From assembly GCA_964462295.1 (NCBI GenBank), contig CAYWXH010000005.1:1-60227 (forward strand): 60,227 bases of DNA, written 5' to 3'. Position 1 is the first letter of the stretch; each line of letters begins with the position of its first letter. Below, piece by piece: positions 19,683 through 29,020 of this stretch. The notes under the pieces are model-generated. The model was given only the letters and a program-made list of their open reading frames with translations. It did no database searches and was not told the DNA's origin. This stretch comes from an uncultured Atribacterota bacterium (GTDB lineage: Bacteria; Atribacterota; JALVIU01). Position numbers and translations under genes: made by a program.

Positions 19683-20709
19683 TTCCTCCTTCTGATTTAA
19701 TATCTATCCTCCATCCTGTTAGCTTTACTGCTAATCTTACATTTTGCCCTTCTCTCCCAATAGCAAGAGAAAGTTGATCTTGAGGGACCAATACGTTTGC
19801 AATTCTATCTTCTTTAGAGATATTAATAGAGATAATCTTTGCAGGGCTTAAAGCATTTTTTATAAAAATACTTGGCTCTTTTTCCCACTTGACTATATCT
19901 ATTTTTTCTTCCCCAAGTTCAGAAAGTATATTCCTTATTCTTACCCCTTTATTTCCTATACAGGTACCCACAGGATCTATATTTTTATCTCGGGAAAACA
20001 CCGCTATTTTTGTTCTCTTTCCTGGTTCTCTTGCTATGGCTTTTATTTCTACCAACCCTTCATATACTTCTGGCACTTCTAATTCAAACAGGCCTTTAAT
20101 AAGGCCTGGATGGGTACGAGAAACTATTATCTTTGGCCCTTTACTTGTCCTTCTTACCTCTACCAAATAGACCTTTAGCTTTTTCCCTGGATAATAATGC
20201 TCTTCCTTTATTTGTTCTTGAGGAGGTAAAATACCCTCTGTTTTACCAAGATTTATAACTATATTTTCTCCCTCGAATCTTTGTATTGTGCCGGTAAGAA
20301 TCTCTTTTTCTTTTTCTGAATATTCTCTATAAATTACCTTTCTTTCTGCCTCACAAATTCTTTGGATTACTACCTGCTTTGCAGTTTGAGCAGCTATTCT
20401 ACCAAATTCTGCTGGCGTAATCTCAATTTCAATAATATCACCTATCTTTGGATTTTCTGTATAGTTTTTTGCATCTTCTATAGAGATTTCTGTATTTGGA
20501 TTTTTAACTTTATTCATTATCCTCTTTTTTGCGAAAACTTTTACTTCCCCCGTCTCCCTATTCAAATAAATAGAGACATTTTGTGTAGTCTTGTAATTTT
20601 TTCTATATGCCGATAGTAAAGCAGCTTCTACTGCCTCAAATAACATATCTTTCGGTATATTCTTTTCCTTTTCCAATTGGTTAAGAGCTTGGATGAGATC
20701 CAAGTTCAC
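19660..20709 (-). CDS. nusA: Transcription termination/antitermination factor NusA
   Basis: N-terminal domain, S1 domain and two KH domains (DPVGTCIGNKGVRI, LAIGREGQNVRLA). 349 aa, with no C-terminal AR repeats. Confidence 0.96.
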   Translation of the reverse strand: MNLDLIQALNQLEKEKNIPKDMLFEAVEAALLSAYRKNYKTTQNVSIYLNRETGEVKVFAKKRIMNKVKNPNTEISIEDAKNYTENPKIGDIIEIEITPAEFGRIAAQTAKQVVIQRICEAERKVIYREYSEKEKEILTGTIQRFEGENIVINLGKTEGILPPQEQIKEEHYYPGKKLKVYLVEVRRTSKGPKIIVSRTHPGLIKGLFELEVPEVYEGLVEIKAIAREPGKRTKIAVFSRDKNIDPVGTCIGNKGVRIRNILSELGEEKIDIVKWEKEPSIFIKNALSPAKIISINISKEDRIANVLVPQDQLSLAIGREGQNVRLAVKLTGWRIDIKSEGGSEGKGEE

Positions 20710-21209
20710 TATGCTTTCCTCCTCTTTAAATAGTCTTTTATATCTTCATTACTTATATGTAACCTTACCTCTTTTATATAGGATAGTGGTATAAAAAGCA
20801 CTTCCCCTTTAATATTGACCTCTATTACATCATTTTTTATATCTTGCAATTTCCCAATAAGTTTCTTTTTCTTTTTAATTTCTCTATTGAGAGTAATCTT
20901 TATATTGCTTCCTCTGAATCGCTTAAAATCTTTTTCTTTCTTTATAAGTCTATCGATCCCTGGAGAGGATACCTCGAGCATTGCTAAATCCACATCTTCA
21001 TTATCTAAAGAACTATCTATCAATTTACTTACAAATTCACAGTCTTTTAAGGTAACTTCTTTTTCATCAATATGATCAATAAATACCCTTAAAAGAATCC
21101 CATCTTTATGGTTTTGAACTTGCAACTCTACAACTTCAAAACCATATTTTCCTATAATCTCATTTATTTCCTTCTCTAAATCCATTTTAAATTTTTCAAA
21201 AAATGTCAT
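20709..21209 (-). CDS. rimP: Ribosome maturation factor RimP
   Basis: GFEVVELQV...LRVFID...LEVSSPGIDRLIKK. I place the start at the Met of MTFFEKF (21209), which has an AAAGGGG Shine-Dalgarno 7 nt upstream. The longer ORF start (21230) lies inside the leader hairpin. Confidence 0.85.
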   Translation of the reverse strand: MTFFEKFKMDLEKEINEIIGKYGFEVVELQVQNHKDGILLRVFIDHIDEKEVTLKDCEFVSKLIDSSLDNEDVDLAMLEVSSPGIDRLIKKEKDFKRFRGSNIKITLNREIKKKKKLIGKLQDIKNDVIEVNIKGEVLFIPLSYIKEVRLHISNEDIKDYLKRRKA

Positions 21210-21222
21210 TTTATACCCCTTT

Positions 21223-21266
21223 ATAACCATAAAAGAGTGGGTACATGCCCACTCTTTTATGGTTAT
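21223..21266 (-). promoter_or_regulatory. Perfect 19-bp stem / 6-nt loop hairpin in the rimP-nusA-infB leader
   Basis: ATAACCATAAAAGAGTGGG (21223-21241), loop TACATG, CCCACTCTTTTATGGTTAT (21248-21266). It ends 2-3 nt before the rimP Shine-Dalgarno. No U-tract follows on the minus strand. Confidence 0.5.
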
Positions 21267-21385
21267 AAATATTTTATTATTTGAATTAATCTTTTTCTAA
21301 AATATCTTTAAATTAATCCATAATATAAACCTTTACTATAAGGTCTAACTTTACAAATCATATTTATAAACACAGCTATCCCTTT

Positions 21386-22486
21386 TTAGATTATTGCTAT
21401 TTCTGTTTTTGGATCAAATAAATGCATCTTTTCCATATCAAGGGCAAGCTCTACATAAGCATCTTCTTTTGCCTTACTCCTGGAATCAACTCTAGAAATA
21501 AAGTAATGTTTACCAGAAGTAAGATATAAGAAGTTTTCAGCACCCATAGGCTCTATTACTTCTACCTTTGCCTTTATTACATACTCAGGGCCTATATCAG
21601 GTATAAACTCTTTATCTCTCATGTCTTCTGGCCTAATGCCAAATATTACATCTTTACCTTCAATTTCGCTAACCTTATCATAAAACTTTTCTGGAATCTT
21701 AACCTGGAAACTCTCTGCATCTACATAATATTTGGAATCCTTCTTTATTACCTTACTATCTATAAAATTCATAGCAGGTGAACCTATGAAGCCAGCAACA
21801 AATTTATTGACTGGGTGATCATATAATTCAAGAGGTGCCCCTATCTGTTGTACATGACCATCCCTCATAACTACGATTCTATCACCCATAGTCATTGCCT
21901 CTACCTGATCGTGTGTAACATAAATCATGGTAGCTTCAAGTCTCTTATGTAACCTGCTAAGCTCAGTTCTCATCTGTACTCTGAGTTTTGCATCGAGGTT
22001 AGATAATGGCTCATCAAATAAGAATACCTTAGGTTTTCTTACAATTGCCCTCCCTACTGCAACTCTTTGTCTTTGTCCTCCGGAAAGTTCTTTTGGTTTT
22101 CTCTTAAGCAAGTGTTTAATACCAAGGATCTCTGCTGCTTCATTAACACGCCTATCTATTTCATCTTTTGGAAATTTTCTTAATTTCAATCCAAATGCCA
22201 TATTATTATAGACATCCATGTGAGGATAAAGTGCATAATTCTGAAATACCATAGCAATATCTCTATCCTTTGGTGCTACATCATTTACCTTTCTTTCGTC
22301 TATATAAATATCACCTGAGGTAAGCTCTTCTAAGCCTGCAACAAGCCTTAGGGTTGTGGTCTTTCCACATCCAGAAGGACCAACCAAAACTATAAACTCT
22401 TTATCTTTAATATCTAAATTAACATTTTCTACTGCTACTACATCTTTAAATTTTTTTACCACATTCACCAATCTAACTTCTGCCAT
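21386..22486 (-). CDS. Sugar ABC transporter ATP-binding protein (MalK/MsiK/UgpC type), orphan
   Basis: Walker [10 protein letters not shown], signature [10 protein letters not shown], Walker [12 protein letters not shown] and a C-terminal MalK-type regulatory/TOBE domain. No permease or binding-protein gene is adjacent. Confidence 0.87.
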   Translation of the reverse strand: MAEVRLVNVVKKFKDVVAVENVNLDIKDKEFIVLVGPSGCGKTTTLRLVAGLEELTSGDIYIDERKVNDVAPKDRDIAMVFQNYALYPHMDVYNNMAFGLKLRKFPKDEIDRRVNEAAEILGIKHLLKRKPKELSGGQRQRVAVGRAIVRKPKVFLFDEPLSNLDAKLRVQMRTELSRLHKRLEATMIYVTHDQVEAMTMGDRIVVMRDGHVQQIGAPLELYDHPVNKFVAGFIGSPAMNFIDSKVIKKDSKYYVDAESFQVKIPEKFYDKVSEIEGKDVIFGIRPEDMRDKEFIPDIGPEYVIKAKVEVIEPMGAENFLYLTSGKHYFISRVDSRSKAKEDAYVELALDMEKMHLFDPKTEIAII

Positions 22487-22702
22487 CTAAGCGCACCCCC
22501 TTAAAAATTTAAACCTTTTAAATTTATCTTTGCAATATCAAATTTACTTTTAAAGTTTACTTTTAAAGTATTGTTATAATACTTTAATATTTTAAATATT
22601 TATTTTAAACTTAATTTTATAAATAAGTTATAACATTCATCTATTTTCAAATTATATAATAACACATAATTACTTTTTTTTCAATAAGAAAATATAGAGG
22701 TT

Positions 22703-22758
22703 CAAAAAAATTTCCCTACCCCTTCTATAAAACCTTTCAAAAGGTAAAAGGGGTAGGG
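22703..22758 (-). terminator. Rho-independent terminator downstream of the HU gene
   Basis: CCCTACCCCTT (22714-22724) pairs with AAGGGGTAGGG (22748-22758). On the minus strand the stem is followed by AAATTTTTTT (A-run 22704-22710 on plus). Confidence 0.6.
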
Positions 22759-22773
22759 AAAGAATAAAAAAAA

Positions 22774-23076
22774 TTATTTCTTTTTCTTTCCTTTTTTAGT
22801 GTTCCCTCTTACTGCTTCTTTGAGGTTTTTACCAGGCTTAAAATAAGGTACATTCATAGCTGGAATCTTAATTTTTTCACCTGTAGCAGGGTTTCTACCC
22901 TCTCTTGCCTCTCTCTTTCTTACGCCAAAAGAACCAAAACCAACAAGTTGAACTGTACCACCCTCTGCAAGAACCTCTGTGATACTATCGATCACAGCAT
23001 CCACGATCATACGAGATTCCTTTTTGGTCTTACCTAATTTCTCAGCAATCTTTTCAACTAATGCCTCTTTGCTCAT
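22774..23076 (-). CDS. hup: DNA-binding protein HU with a short lysine-rich C-terminal tail
   Basis: LVGFGSFGVRKREAREGRNPATGEKIKIPA is the HU beta-arm signature. 100 aa, ending NTKKGKKKK, which is about 10 aa longer than classical HU. Confidence 0.92.
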   Translation of the reverse strand: MSKEALVEKIAEKLGKTKKESRMIVDAVIDSITEVLAEGGTVQLVGFGSFGVRKREAREGRNPATGEKIKIPAMNVPYFKPGKNLKEAVRGNTKKGKKKK

Positions 23077-23155
23077 AAGCCTTTCCTGGGAAACTTACCC
23101 AGTCAACCTCCCTTCTTTATAGATTTTTTTACAATACAAAAACCTTTTTAATTGC

Positions 23156-23184
23156 ATTTTAACCGAAAATAAAGGAAAAGTCAA
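23156..23184 (-). promoter_or_regulatory. Candidate sigma-70 promoter for the HU gene
   Basis: On the minus strand: TTGACT (23184-23179), 17-nt spacer, TAAAAT (23161-23156), about 80 nt upstream of the HU start. Confidence 0.4.
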
Positions 23185-23301
23185 GTTTTATTAGAAAAAA
23201 ATCTAAATTTTTATTGCTTTTAAGAAAAGTGTTGCCAATTTTATAATTTTTTTCGAAAGAACAAAATAAAATTCTTATAACATTTTATAATAATCCTAAT
23301 A

Positions 23302-23330
23302 TTGACAAAGGACATTTTTAGGACTAGAAT
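23302..23330 (+). promoter_or_regulatory. Candidate sigma-70 promoter for the fructokinase gene
   Basis: TTGACA (23302-23307), 17-nt spacer, TAGAAT (23325-23330), about 65 nt upstream of ATG 23395, which is preceded by AAGGAGGAAGG. Confidence 0.5.
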
Positions 23331-23394
23331 GGATGTAAATTAACTATACTAATTACTAACTTATCTTGAATCTCTATCTATAAAAGGAGGAAGG

Positions 23395-24351
23395 ATGAAG
23401 ATAGCATGCTTGGGTGAGATACTTATAGATTTTACTGCATCTGAAAAGGGGAAACCTATAAAAGATGTAAAAAGTTTTATAAAAAATCCTGGAGGCTCTC
23501 CTCCAAACACTGCAACAGCTATAGCAAGACTGGGGGGAGAGGTAAGTTTTTTTGCAAAAATTTCTAATGATAGTTTTGGACAATTCCTTTTTCAAACTGT
23601 TAAAGAAAATAATATAAATACAAAAGCCATAGTAAGAACAGATGCCCCTACATGTCTTGTTTTTGTAGCAATAAAAGAAGATGGGAGTCCAGACTTTGAA
23701 TTTTATAGAGATAATACGGCAGATATATTATTAGAAGAAAATGATATAGATGAGGATTTTTTAAAATCACATGATATATTTCATTTTGGCTCTATTACTT
23801 TACTCAAAGACCCTGCAAGAAAAACTGCCATAACTACCTTTAAAAAAGCAAAGAAATGGGGAATTTTTACCACAATTGATCCAAATATAAGAGCAAATTT
23901 AATAGAAAATAGGGCACAATTTATAAAAGACCTCGATGAAATATTCAAAGATATAGACCTCTTAAAAATAAGTGAAGAAGATCTTGCATATTTATATCCA
24001 GAAAAAAATATACACACAGATTGTCAAATCCTACTTGATAAAGGGGTAAAATCAATAATAGTAACTCTTGGAGAAAAGGGTTCTATGTTTTGCAATAGAG
24101 AATTTCGAATAGAGGTCCCCGGATATAAGGTAAATGTAATAGATACTACTGGTGCAGGAGATGGATTTATGGGGGCAGTCTTATATTACCTTTCCCAACA
24201 TGGTTTTGATGTATTGAAAGATCAAAACAAGGTTGTAGAACTTCTCAAATTTGCAAATGCTCAAGCAGCCCTGGTATGTACAAAGAAAGGGGGTATCCCA
24301 TCTATGCCCCTTCTTACTGAAGTAGAAAATTTTATAAAAAGTATGAGATAA
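23395..24351 (+). CDS. PfkB-family carbohydrate kinase, probably fructokinase
   Basis: N-terminal CLGEILIDF, GGSPPNTATAIARLGG and C-terminal DTTGAGDGFMGAVLY (PfkB signature 2). 318 aa. Confidence 0.8.
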   Translation: MKIACLGEILIDFTASEKGKPIKDVKSFIKNPGGSPPNTATAIARLGGEVSFFAKISNDSFGQFLFQTVKENNINTKAIVRTDAPTCLVFVAIKEDGSPDFEFYRDNTADILLEENDIDEDFLKSHDIFHFGSITLLKDPARKTAITTFKKAKKWGIFTTIDPNIRANLIENRAQFIKDLDEIFKDIDLLKISEEDLAYLYPEKNIHTDCQILLDKGVKSIIVTLGEKGSMFCNREFRIEVPGYKVNVIDTTGAGDGFMGAVLYYLSQHGFDVLKDQNKVVELLKFANAQAALVCTKKGGIPSMPLLTEVENFIKSMR

Positions 24352-24365
24352 AATCCCTCAAAAGC

Positions 24366-24394
24366 TTGTCATATTCTCTTTTATGTGATATACT
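24366..24394 (+). promoter_or_regulatory. Candidate promoter for tRNA-Ser
   Basis: TTGTCA (24366-24371), 17-nt spacer, TATACT (24389-24394), 12 nt upstream of the tRNA 5' end. Confidence 0.5.
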
Positions 24395-24406
24395 ATGTGG
24401 GTGTAC

Positions 24407-24498
24407 GGAGAGGTGGCCGAGTTGGCCTAAGGCGGTTGCCTGCTAAGCAATTGAGCGTCCACAAAGGCGCTCCGTGGGTTCGAATCCCACCCTCTCCG
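24407..24498 (+). tRNA. tRNA-Ser (anticodon GCU)
   Basis: Manual cloverleaf: acceptor GGAGAGG/CCTCTCC, anticodon stem GTTGC/GCAAT with loop CTGCTAA, long variable arm, T-arm GTGGG-TTCGAAT-CCCAC. No encoded CCA. Followed by a T8 run. Confidence 0.9.
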
Positions 24499-24511
24499 TT
24501 TTTTTTATTTT

Positions 24512-25060
24512 ATGAACAAAAAAGAGAAGCCACGGTTTATTGCAGATAATATGCTGGGAAAGTTAGCCAAATGGCTAAGAATCCTCGGTTTTGATGTTTT
24601 ATACCCCAAATATGCAAAGGATGTAGAGCTTGTTTTTACCTCTCTATCAGAAGATAGAATCCTTCTTACAAGAGATACAGGCCTTATAAAGAGAAAAATC
24701 CTTAAGGATTGTATATTTATACAATCAGATAACTGGCTGGATCAGCTTCAAGAGGTGATAAATGTTGCTAACCTCATAGAGTACATCACAGAGGAAAATT
24801 TCTTTACCAGGTGCCCTATATGTAACAGCCAATTAAAACCTATTGAGAAGGAAAGGGTTATAGGATGGGTTCCTCACTATGTATATTGTACAAATACAAA
24901 ATTCTCTATGTGCCCTTCCTGTAAAAAGATATATTGGAAGGGCACACATATAGAAAAAATAAAGAAAATTATTCCCTACTTATCTTCTAATACCTCTATT
25001 CCAGGTAATGTACCTTTTTCTAAAAACTCTAAAGAGGCACCACCACCTGTAGATATATGA
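24512..25060 (+). CDS. Mut7-C / DUF82 family PIN-like RNase domain protein with a Zn-ribbon
   Basis: FIADNMLGKLAKWLRILGFDV N-terminus and CPICN...CPSCKKIYWKGTH zinc ribbon. The last ~28 codons run antisense through the pgk 3' end. Confidence 0.7.
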   Translation: MNKKEKPRFIADNMLGKLAKWLRILGFDVLYPKYAKDVELVFTSLSEDRILLTRDTGLIKRKILKDCIFIQSDNWLDQLQEVINVANLIEYITEENFFTRCPICNSQLKPIEKERVIGWVPHYVYCTNTKFSMCPSCKKIYWKGTHIEKIKKIIPYLSSNTSIPGNVPFSKNSKEAPPPVDI

Positions 25061-26169
25061 GTCATTCTATCAGAAACCCCCGCTTTTCTAACGGCAGATG
25101 CAGAGTCTCCTCCTCCTATAACCGTAATCGCATCTAATTCTCCCAAAAACTTTGCAATACTATTTGTACCATTTGAGAATTTTTCCATCTCAAATACCCC
25201 TAATGGCCCATTCCAAAATACAGTTTTTGCATTTTTTAACTCATTTTGGAAAAGTTCTATGGTTTTTGGACCTATATCCATCCCCATCCAACCAGAAGGG
25301 ATATTTTTTGCATCCACTACTTTGGCATTTGCATCTTCTGCAAATCTATCTGCTACAACAATATCAAGGGGAAGAAGTATCTTTATTCCTCTCCTCTCTG
25401 CATCTTTTAAGATCTCTCTTGCTGTTTCTATCTTATCCTCTTCTAATAAAGAATCCCCTATCTCGTATCCCTGGGACTTTAAAAAGGTATAAGACATTCC
25501 TCCGCCAATTAGTATAGAGGATACCTTGTTCATGAGATTTTTTATAACACCGATCTTATCAGATACCTTTGCCCCACCAAGTATAGCCATAAATGGGGTT
25601 TTTGGGTCTTCCAAAAGTGAGCTTAACACATCTATCTCTTTTGCTACTAAAAACCCTGCATATGCGGGAAGAAACTTTGCAACTCCAACGACAGATGCAT
25701 GTTTTCTATGGGATGCTGCAAATGCATCATTTACATATAGCTCTCCTAAAGAGGCAAGCTCTTTGGCAAATCCTTCATCATTTTCCTTTTCTTCTTTATG
25801 AAATCGTAAGTTTTCAAGTAAAACTACTTCACCATCTTTTAAGGTAGATACCTTTTCTTTCACCTCTTCTCCTATGCAATCAGGAAGAAATGCTACATCT
25901 TTATCTAAAAGTTGACCAAGTCTCTTTGCTACCACATCTAAACTAAACTGTGGATTTGGCTCACCTTTTGGACGACCAAGATGGCTCATAAGAATTACCC
26001 TTGCCCCTTTATCAATAAGGTAATTTATGGTGGGAAGAGATGCTCGTATCCTATTATCATCAGTAATATTCCTCTCCTTATCGAGGGGAACATTAAAGTC
26101 AACCCTAACTAATACCCTTTTTCCCTTTAAAACTTCATCTGGTACATCATTAATACATTTCTTTTTCAT
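24976..26169 (-). CDS. pgk: Phosphoglycerate kinase
   Basis: RVDFNVP, SHLGRPKG, and C-terminal GGGDSA...STGGGASLEFLEG-type motifs. 397 aa. Confidence 0.97.
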   Translation of the reverse strand: MKKKCINDVPDEVLKGKRVLVRVDFNVPLDKERNITDDNRIRASLPTINYLIDKGARVILMSHLGRPKGEPNPQFSLDVVAKRLGQLLDKDVAFLPDCIGEEVKEKVSTLKDGEVVLLENLRFHKEEKENDEGFAKELASLGELYVNDAFAASHRKHASVVGVAKFLPAYAGFLVAKEIDVLSSLLEDPKTPFMAILGGAKVSDKIGVIKNLMNKVSSILIGGGMSYTFLKSQGYEIGDSLLEEDKIETAREILKDAERRGIKILLPLDIVVADRFAEDANAKVVDAKNIPSGWMGMDIGPKTIELFQNELKNAKTVFWNGPLGVFEMEKFSNGTNSIAKFLGELDAITVIGGGDSASAVRKAGVSDRMTHISTGGGASLEFLEKGTLPGIEVLEDK

Positions 26170-26182
26170 TTCATAGCCCTCC

Positions 26183-28213
26183 CTACTTAATTGGTATAAT
26201 CATATAGTAATCAAGGGGAAAAGAAGTTTCACTATCCCCTTTTTCAAAAATTATCCTAAATTTTGCCTTTTCTATTTTTTCGATGGGGATAGATATCTCT
26301 AATATCTCATTATATTTAAATAATGTATCCCCAGTATTATTTATTAAATTATAACTATATTTTTTATCATTTAAAATTACTCTTATATTATCACAGCAAT
26401 TCTCTTTTAAGTCAACCCTTATATAAAAGTTTGAATCATCATTTCCATAAAATATTCTATAAAATGGCAAAGAGACATTTAGTTCACTCATTGCACCACT
26501 TTTGACTTCATATAGACCTGCATCATCCCACTCTCTCTCACCTATAATACCATCTATCTTTGGAGAAATTTTCCCCATAGGAACACCTTTTGGTCTTATT
26601 GTAATAATTGACTCTTCTAAAAAATGAGGGGGGTTTTCTCCTAAAGATAGATAAACATTTTTAAGATGTGTCCTAAATAAAAAGTCTAACTTATCCTCTT
26701 CTGGGGATTCATGTCCTTCCCCATACCACCAAAACCAATCACTTCCTTGAGCAAAAAGTAAAGACTCAAATGCCCTATCTTTTTCTGTACTTTCAAATTT
26801 TTCAAACTCTTTTCTAACCTTATAGAGATATGTCCATGCCTTGTTTTTCTCTTCATCTCCTATCCAGGTACGTAAATTGTGGCCTATCCATGAACCTGTA
26901 TAGAGATTGGGCAAAAACTCAAAGTTATTTTCTCTTTTAATAAAATCTAATACCTTTATAGTTTTTACAAAAGAAAGGCCTGAAAGTGTCTCTAATAACT
27001 CTTTAAAAAATTTATCCTGTTCCCCTTTTTCATAATATTCCCATGGATTTTCACCATCTAAAATAATACTAATAAGATAATTTCCCTCTTTTCCTTTAAG
27101 CTTATCTTTTATCTTTTCTAATTTTGAGACAAAATTTTCTACCCCTTCCCTTCTACTCATCCCTGAGTACACAAATCCAAAAAGATCAGATAGTGTATGG
27201 TCTCTAAATATGATAAAAAGCTTCGGAGTCCCCATTTTCAATACATAAGGTCTATATAGCACCTCTGGATTCTCAGTTACCCCATCTTTATCATAGGAAA
27301 GAAATATATCCTTTGTCATTCCTAGTATTTCACTATCTGTTGCAATCCATTTTATTCCATTTTCCCAAAAGAGTGGAAGTATAAAATTCCCCACTGCCCC
27401 TTCAGATGGCCACATACCTTTTGGAAAACACCCAAAAGCATCATAATATGTAGAAATAGCCTTTTTTATATGAATATCTGCATCTTGTGGGTATGAAAAC
27501 CTCTCTTTAGGCAAGGGATGATGTGGTAGAGAGATTTTTGCAGAATAGTTATCAGAGATTAAGGGGAGAATTGGATGGGCATAGGGAGTAGTAGTTATCT
27601 CTATCTGACCTTTGTCCTGAAGTTTTTTATAAAGGGGCAAAATCCTATTCATTATCTGTAACTCTTTTTCTAATATAGAGTATTTTTCGTATTCAGAAAA
27701 TCCCCTCTCTTTTTTAATAAGATATCTTATAAATTCATCTTTTTCTTTCAAATATTCCGAAAACCAAGATAAATTGCTAAGAACTATAAGGTCAAGTATA
27801 TCTTTTTGTGAAAATTTTTCTAAAAGTGCTTTGTCAGAAAGCTCATTTTCTATTTTCTTCAAGTAAAGTTCTCTATATCTTTTGTAAGGCTTTATTGTAG
27901 TAGGATAATAGCCATAAAAAGAATTTTTTATTATATATAGTTTCTCATCATCTGATAATTCTCCTACCTCTTTATTCTCTAAAATGAACAAATAATCATA
28001 TCTTCCCTCTTTATACTTTTTTATACTCTCTATAAGAGAAGGAGTAAAATTAAAGCTCATACTTAAAGTAGGATAAAGCTCTAAATATTTCCCCAAAGTA
28101 TAGTAGCTTCTCAATGCATGGAGTCTTACCCAAGGCAGATGAAAAATTTCTCTCCTTAGGTCATAATAAAACGGTTGATGAAAATGCCATAGAAAGTTTA
28201 TATAAAGATTCAT
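26183..28213 (-). CDS. Glycoside hydrolase family 57 enzyme (alpha-glucan acting; specificity unresolved)
   Basis: GH57 regions are present: WHFHQPFY, GQIEITTTPYAHPILPL, MWPSEGAV (nucleophile Glu), ILDGENPWEYY (acid/base Asp) and GSDWFWWYG. 676 aa with an extra C-terminal beta-rich domain. Confidence 0.85.
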   Translation of the reverse strand: MNLYINFLWHFHQPFYYDLRREIFHLPWVRLHALRSYYTLGKYLELYPTLSMSFNFTPSLIESIKKYKEGRYDYLFILENKEVGELSDDEKLYIIKNSFYGYYPTTIKPYKRYRELYLKKIENELSDKALLEKFSQKDILDLIVLSNLSWFSEYLKEKDEFIRYLIKKERGFSEYEKYSILEKELQIMNRILPLYKKLQDKGQIEITTTPYAHPILPLISDNYSAKISLPHHPLPKERFSYPQDADIHIKKAISTYYDAFGCFPKGMWPSEGAVGNFILPLFWENGIKWIATDSEILGMTKDIFLSYDKDGVTENPEVLYRPYVLKMGTPKLFIIFRDHTLSDLFGFVYSGMSRREGVENFVSKLEKIKDKLKGKEGNYLISIILDGENPWEYYEKGEQDKFFKELLETLSGLSFVKTIKVLDFIKRENNFEFLPNLYTGSWIGHNLRTWIGDEEKNKAWTYLYKVRKEFEKFESTEKDRAFESLLFAQGSDWFWWYGEGHESPEEDKLDFLFRTHLKNVYLSLGENPPHFLEESIITIRPKGVPMGKISPKIDGIIGEREWDDAGLYEVKSGAMSELNVSLPFYRIFYGNDDSNFYIRVDLKENCCDNIRVILNDKKYSYNLINNTGDTLFKYNEILEISIPIEKIEKAKFRIIFEKGDSETSFPLDYYMIIPIK

Positions 28214-29019
28214 ATATCCTCCAAAATAAATTTCTTTATTACATACTCTACACCCTTTTCAGAGACAGAAGGGGCAATATAGTCTGCTACCCTCTTTAAC
28301 TCATCTGGACCATCTTCCATAGCAATTCCCATACCTGCATATTCTATCATGTCTATATCATTATAACTATCCCCCACTGTAATAAGATTTTCCCTCTTTA
28401 TATTATACATATCCAAGAGAAGACCAAGTGCCTTCGATTTGGAGACTCCTTTATTAACTATCTCTAAAAAATTGGCAAAAGATTTTAAAATACCTATATC
28501 CGGAAAGGTCTCCTTTATCTGTTTTTCTAATTCTCTTATTCTCTCTACCTTATCAATTATTTGAAGCTTTGCAGGATGTATATCTTCCTCTTCCATTATA
28601 TGTAATATATCCTTTCTCACATAAAAAGAGACCTTAAAATTAGAAGAGTAATTCCTCGTTTTTGTATTATCTTTTATGGTATATACAATGCTTTCTGAAA
28701 ATATATTTACATCAAAACCTCTATCTATTACAAATTTTACGATTTCTCTTGCAATCTTTGCATCAAGTAAAAGCTTAGATATGAATTCTCCTGTTTTCGG
28801 ATTTACAATATATGCTCCTTGGTATGCAATCATTGGTATATCAATATCCAAAATAAGTGCCTGCAAAATAGAAGAAGAATACATTCTGCCCGTTACAACT
28901 GTAATATAGGCATACTCTTTTGCCATCTTAACAAGATCTATTGTAGATTGTGGTATGGTATGTGCAAATTTTTCTGTAAGTGTTCCATCAATATCAAATG
29001 CTACTAATTTCTCCTTCAT
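28210..29019 (-). CDS. Cof-type HAD-IIB phosphatase
   Basis: FDIDGTL (motif I), VTGR, and C-terminal GDSYNDIDM. 269 aa. Confidence 0.8.
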   Translation of the reverse strand: MKEKLVAFDIDGTLTEKFAHTIPQSTIDLVKMAKEYAYITVVTGRMYSSSILQALILDIDIPMIAYQGAYIVNPKTGEFISKLLLDAKIAREIVKFVIDRGFDVNIFSESIVYTIKDNTKTRNYSSNFKVSFYVRKDILHIMEEEDIHPAKLQIIDKVERIRELEKQIKETFPDIGILKSFANFLEIVNKGVSKSKALGLLLDMYNIKRENLITVGDSYNDIDMIEYAGMGIAMEDGPDELKRVADYIAPSVSEKGVEYVIKKFILEDI

Positions 29020-29020
29020 T

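Noticed and set aside
21210-21230. Longer rimP start (MVIKGYK...)
   Set aside because: That ATG lies inside the 19-bp leader hairpin stem and has no Shine-Dalgarno sequence. The downstream ATG (21209) has AAAGGGG 7 nt upstream.
21231-21385. The 19-bp hairpin as the terminator of the upstream ABC ATPase gene, or as the ends of a small mobile element
   Set aside because: On the transcribed (minus) strand the hairpin is followed by AAAGGGG rather than a U-tract, and it sits 120 nt past the ATPase stop. There are no flanking direct repeats and no second copy in the window to suggest a MITE. I kept it as a leader structure only.
23374-23595. 73-aa minus-strand ORF overlapping the fructokinase start
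   Set aside because: It is antisense to the strongly supported PfkB kinase N-terminus, is Cys/Phe/Tyr-rich with no motif, and lacks a ribosome-binding site.
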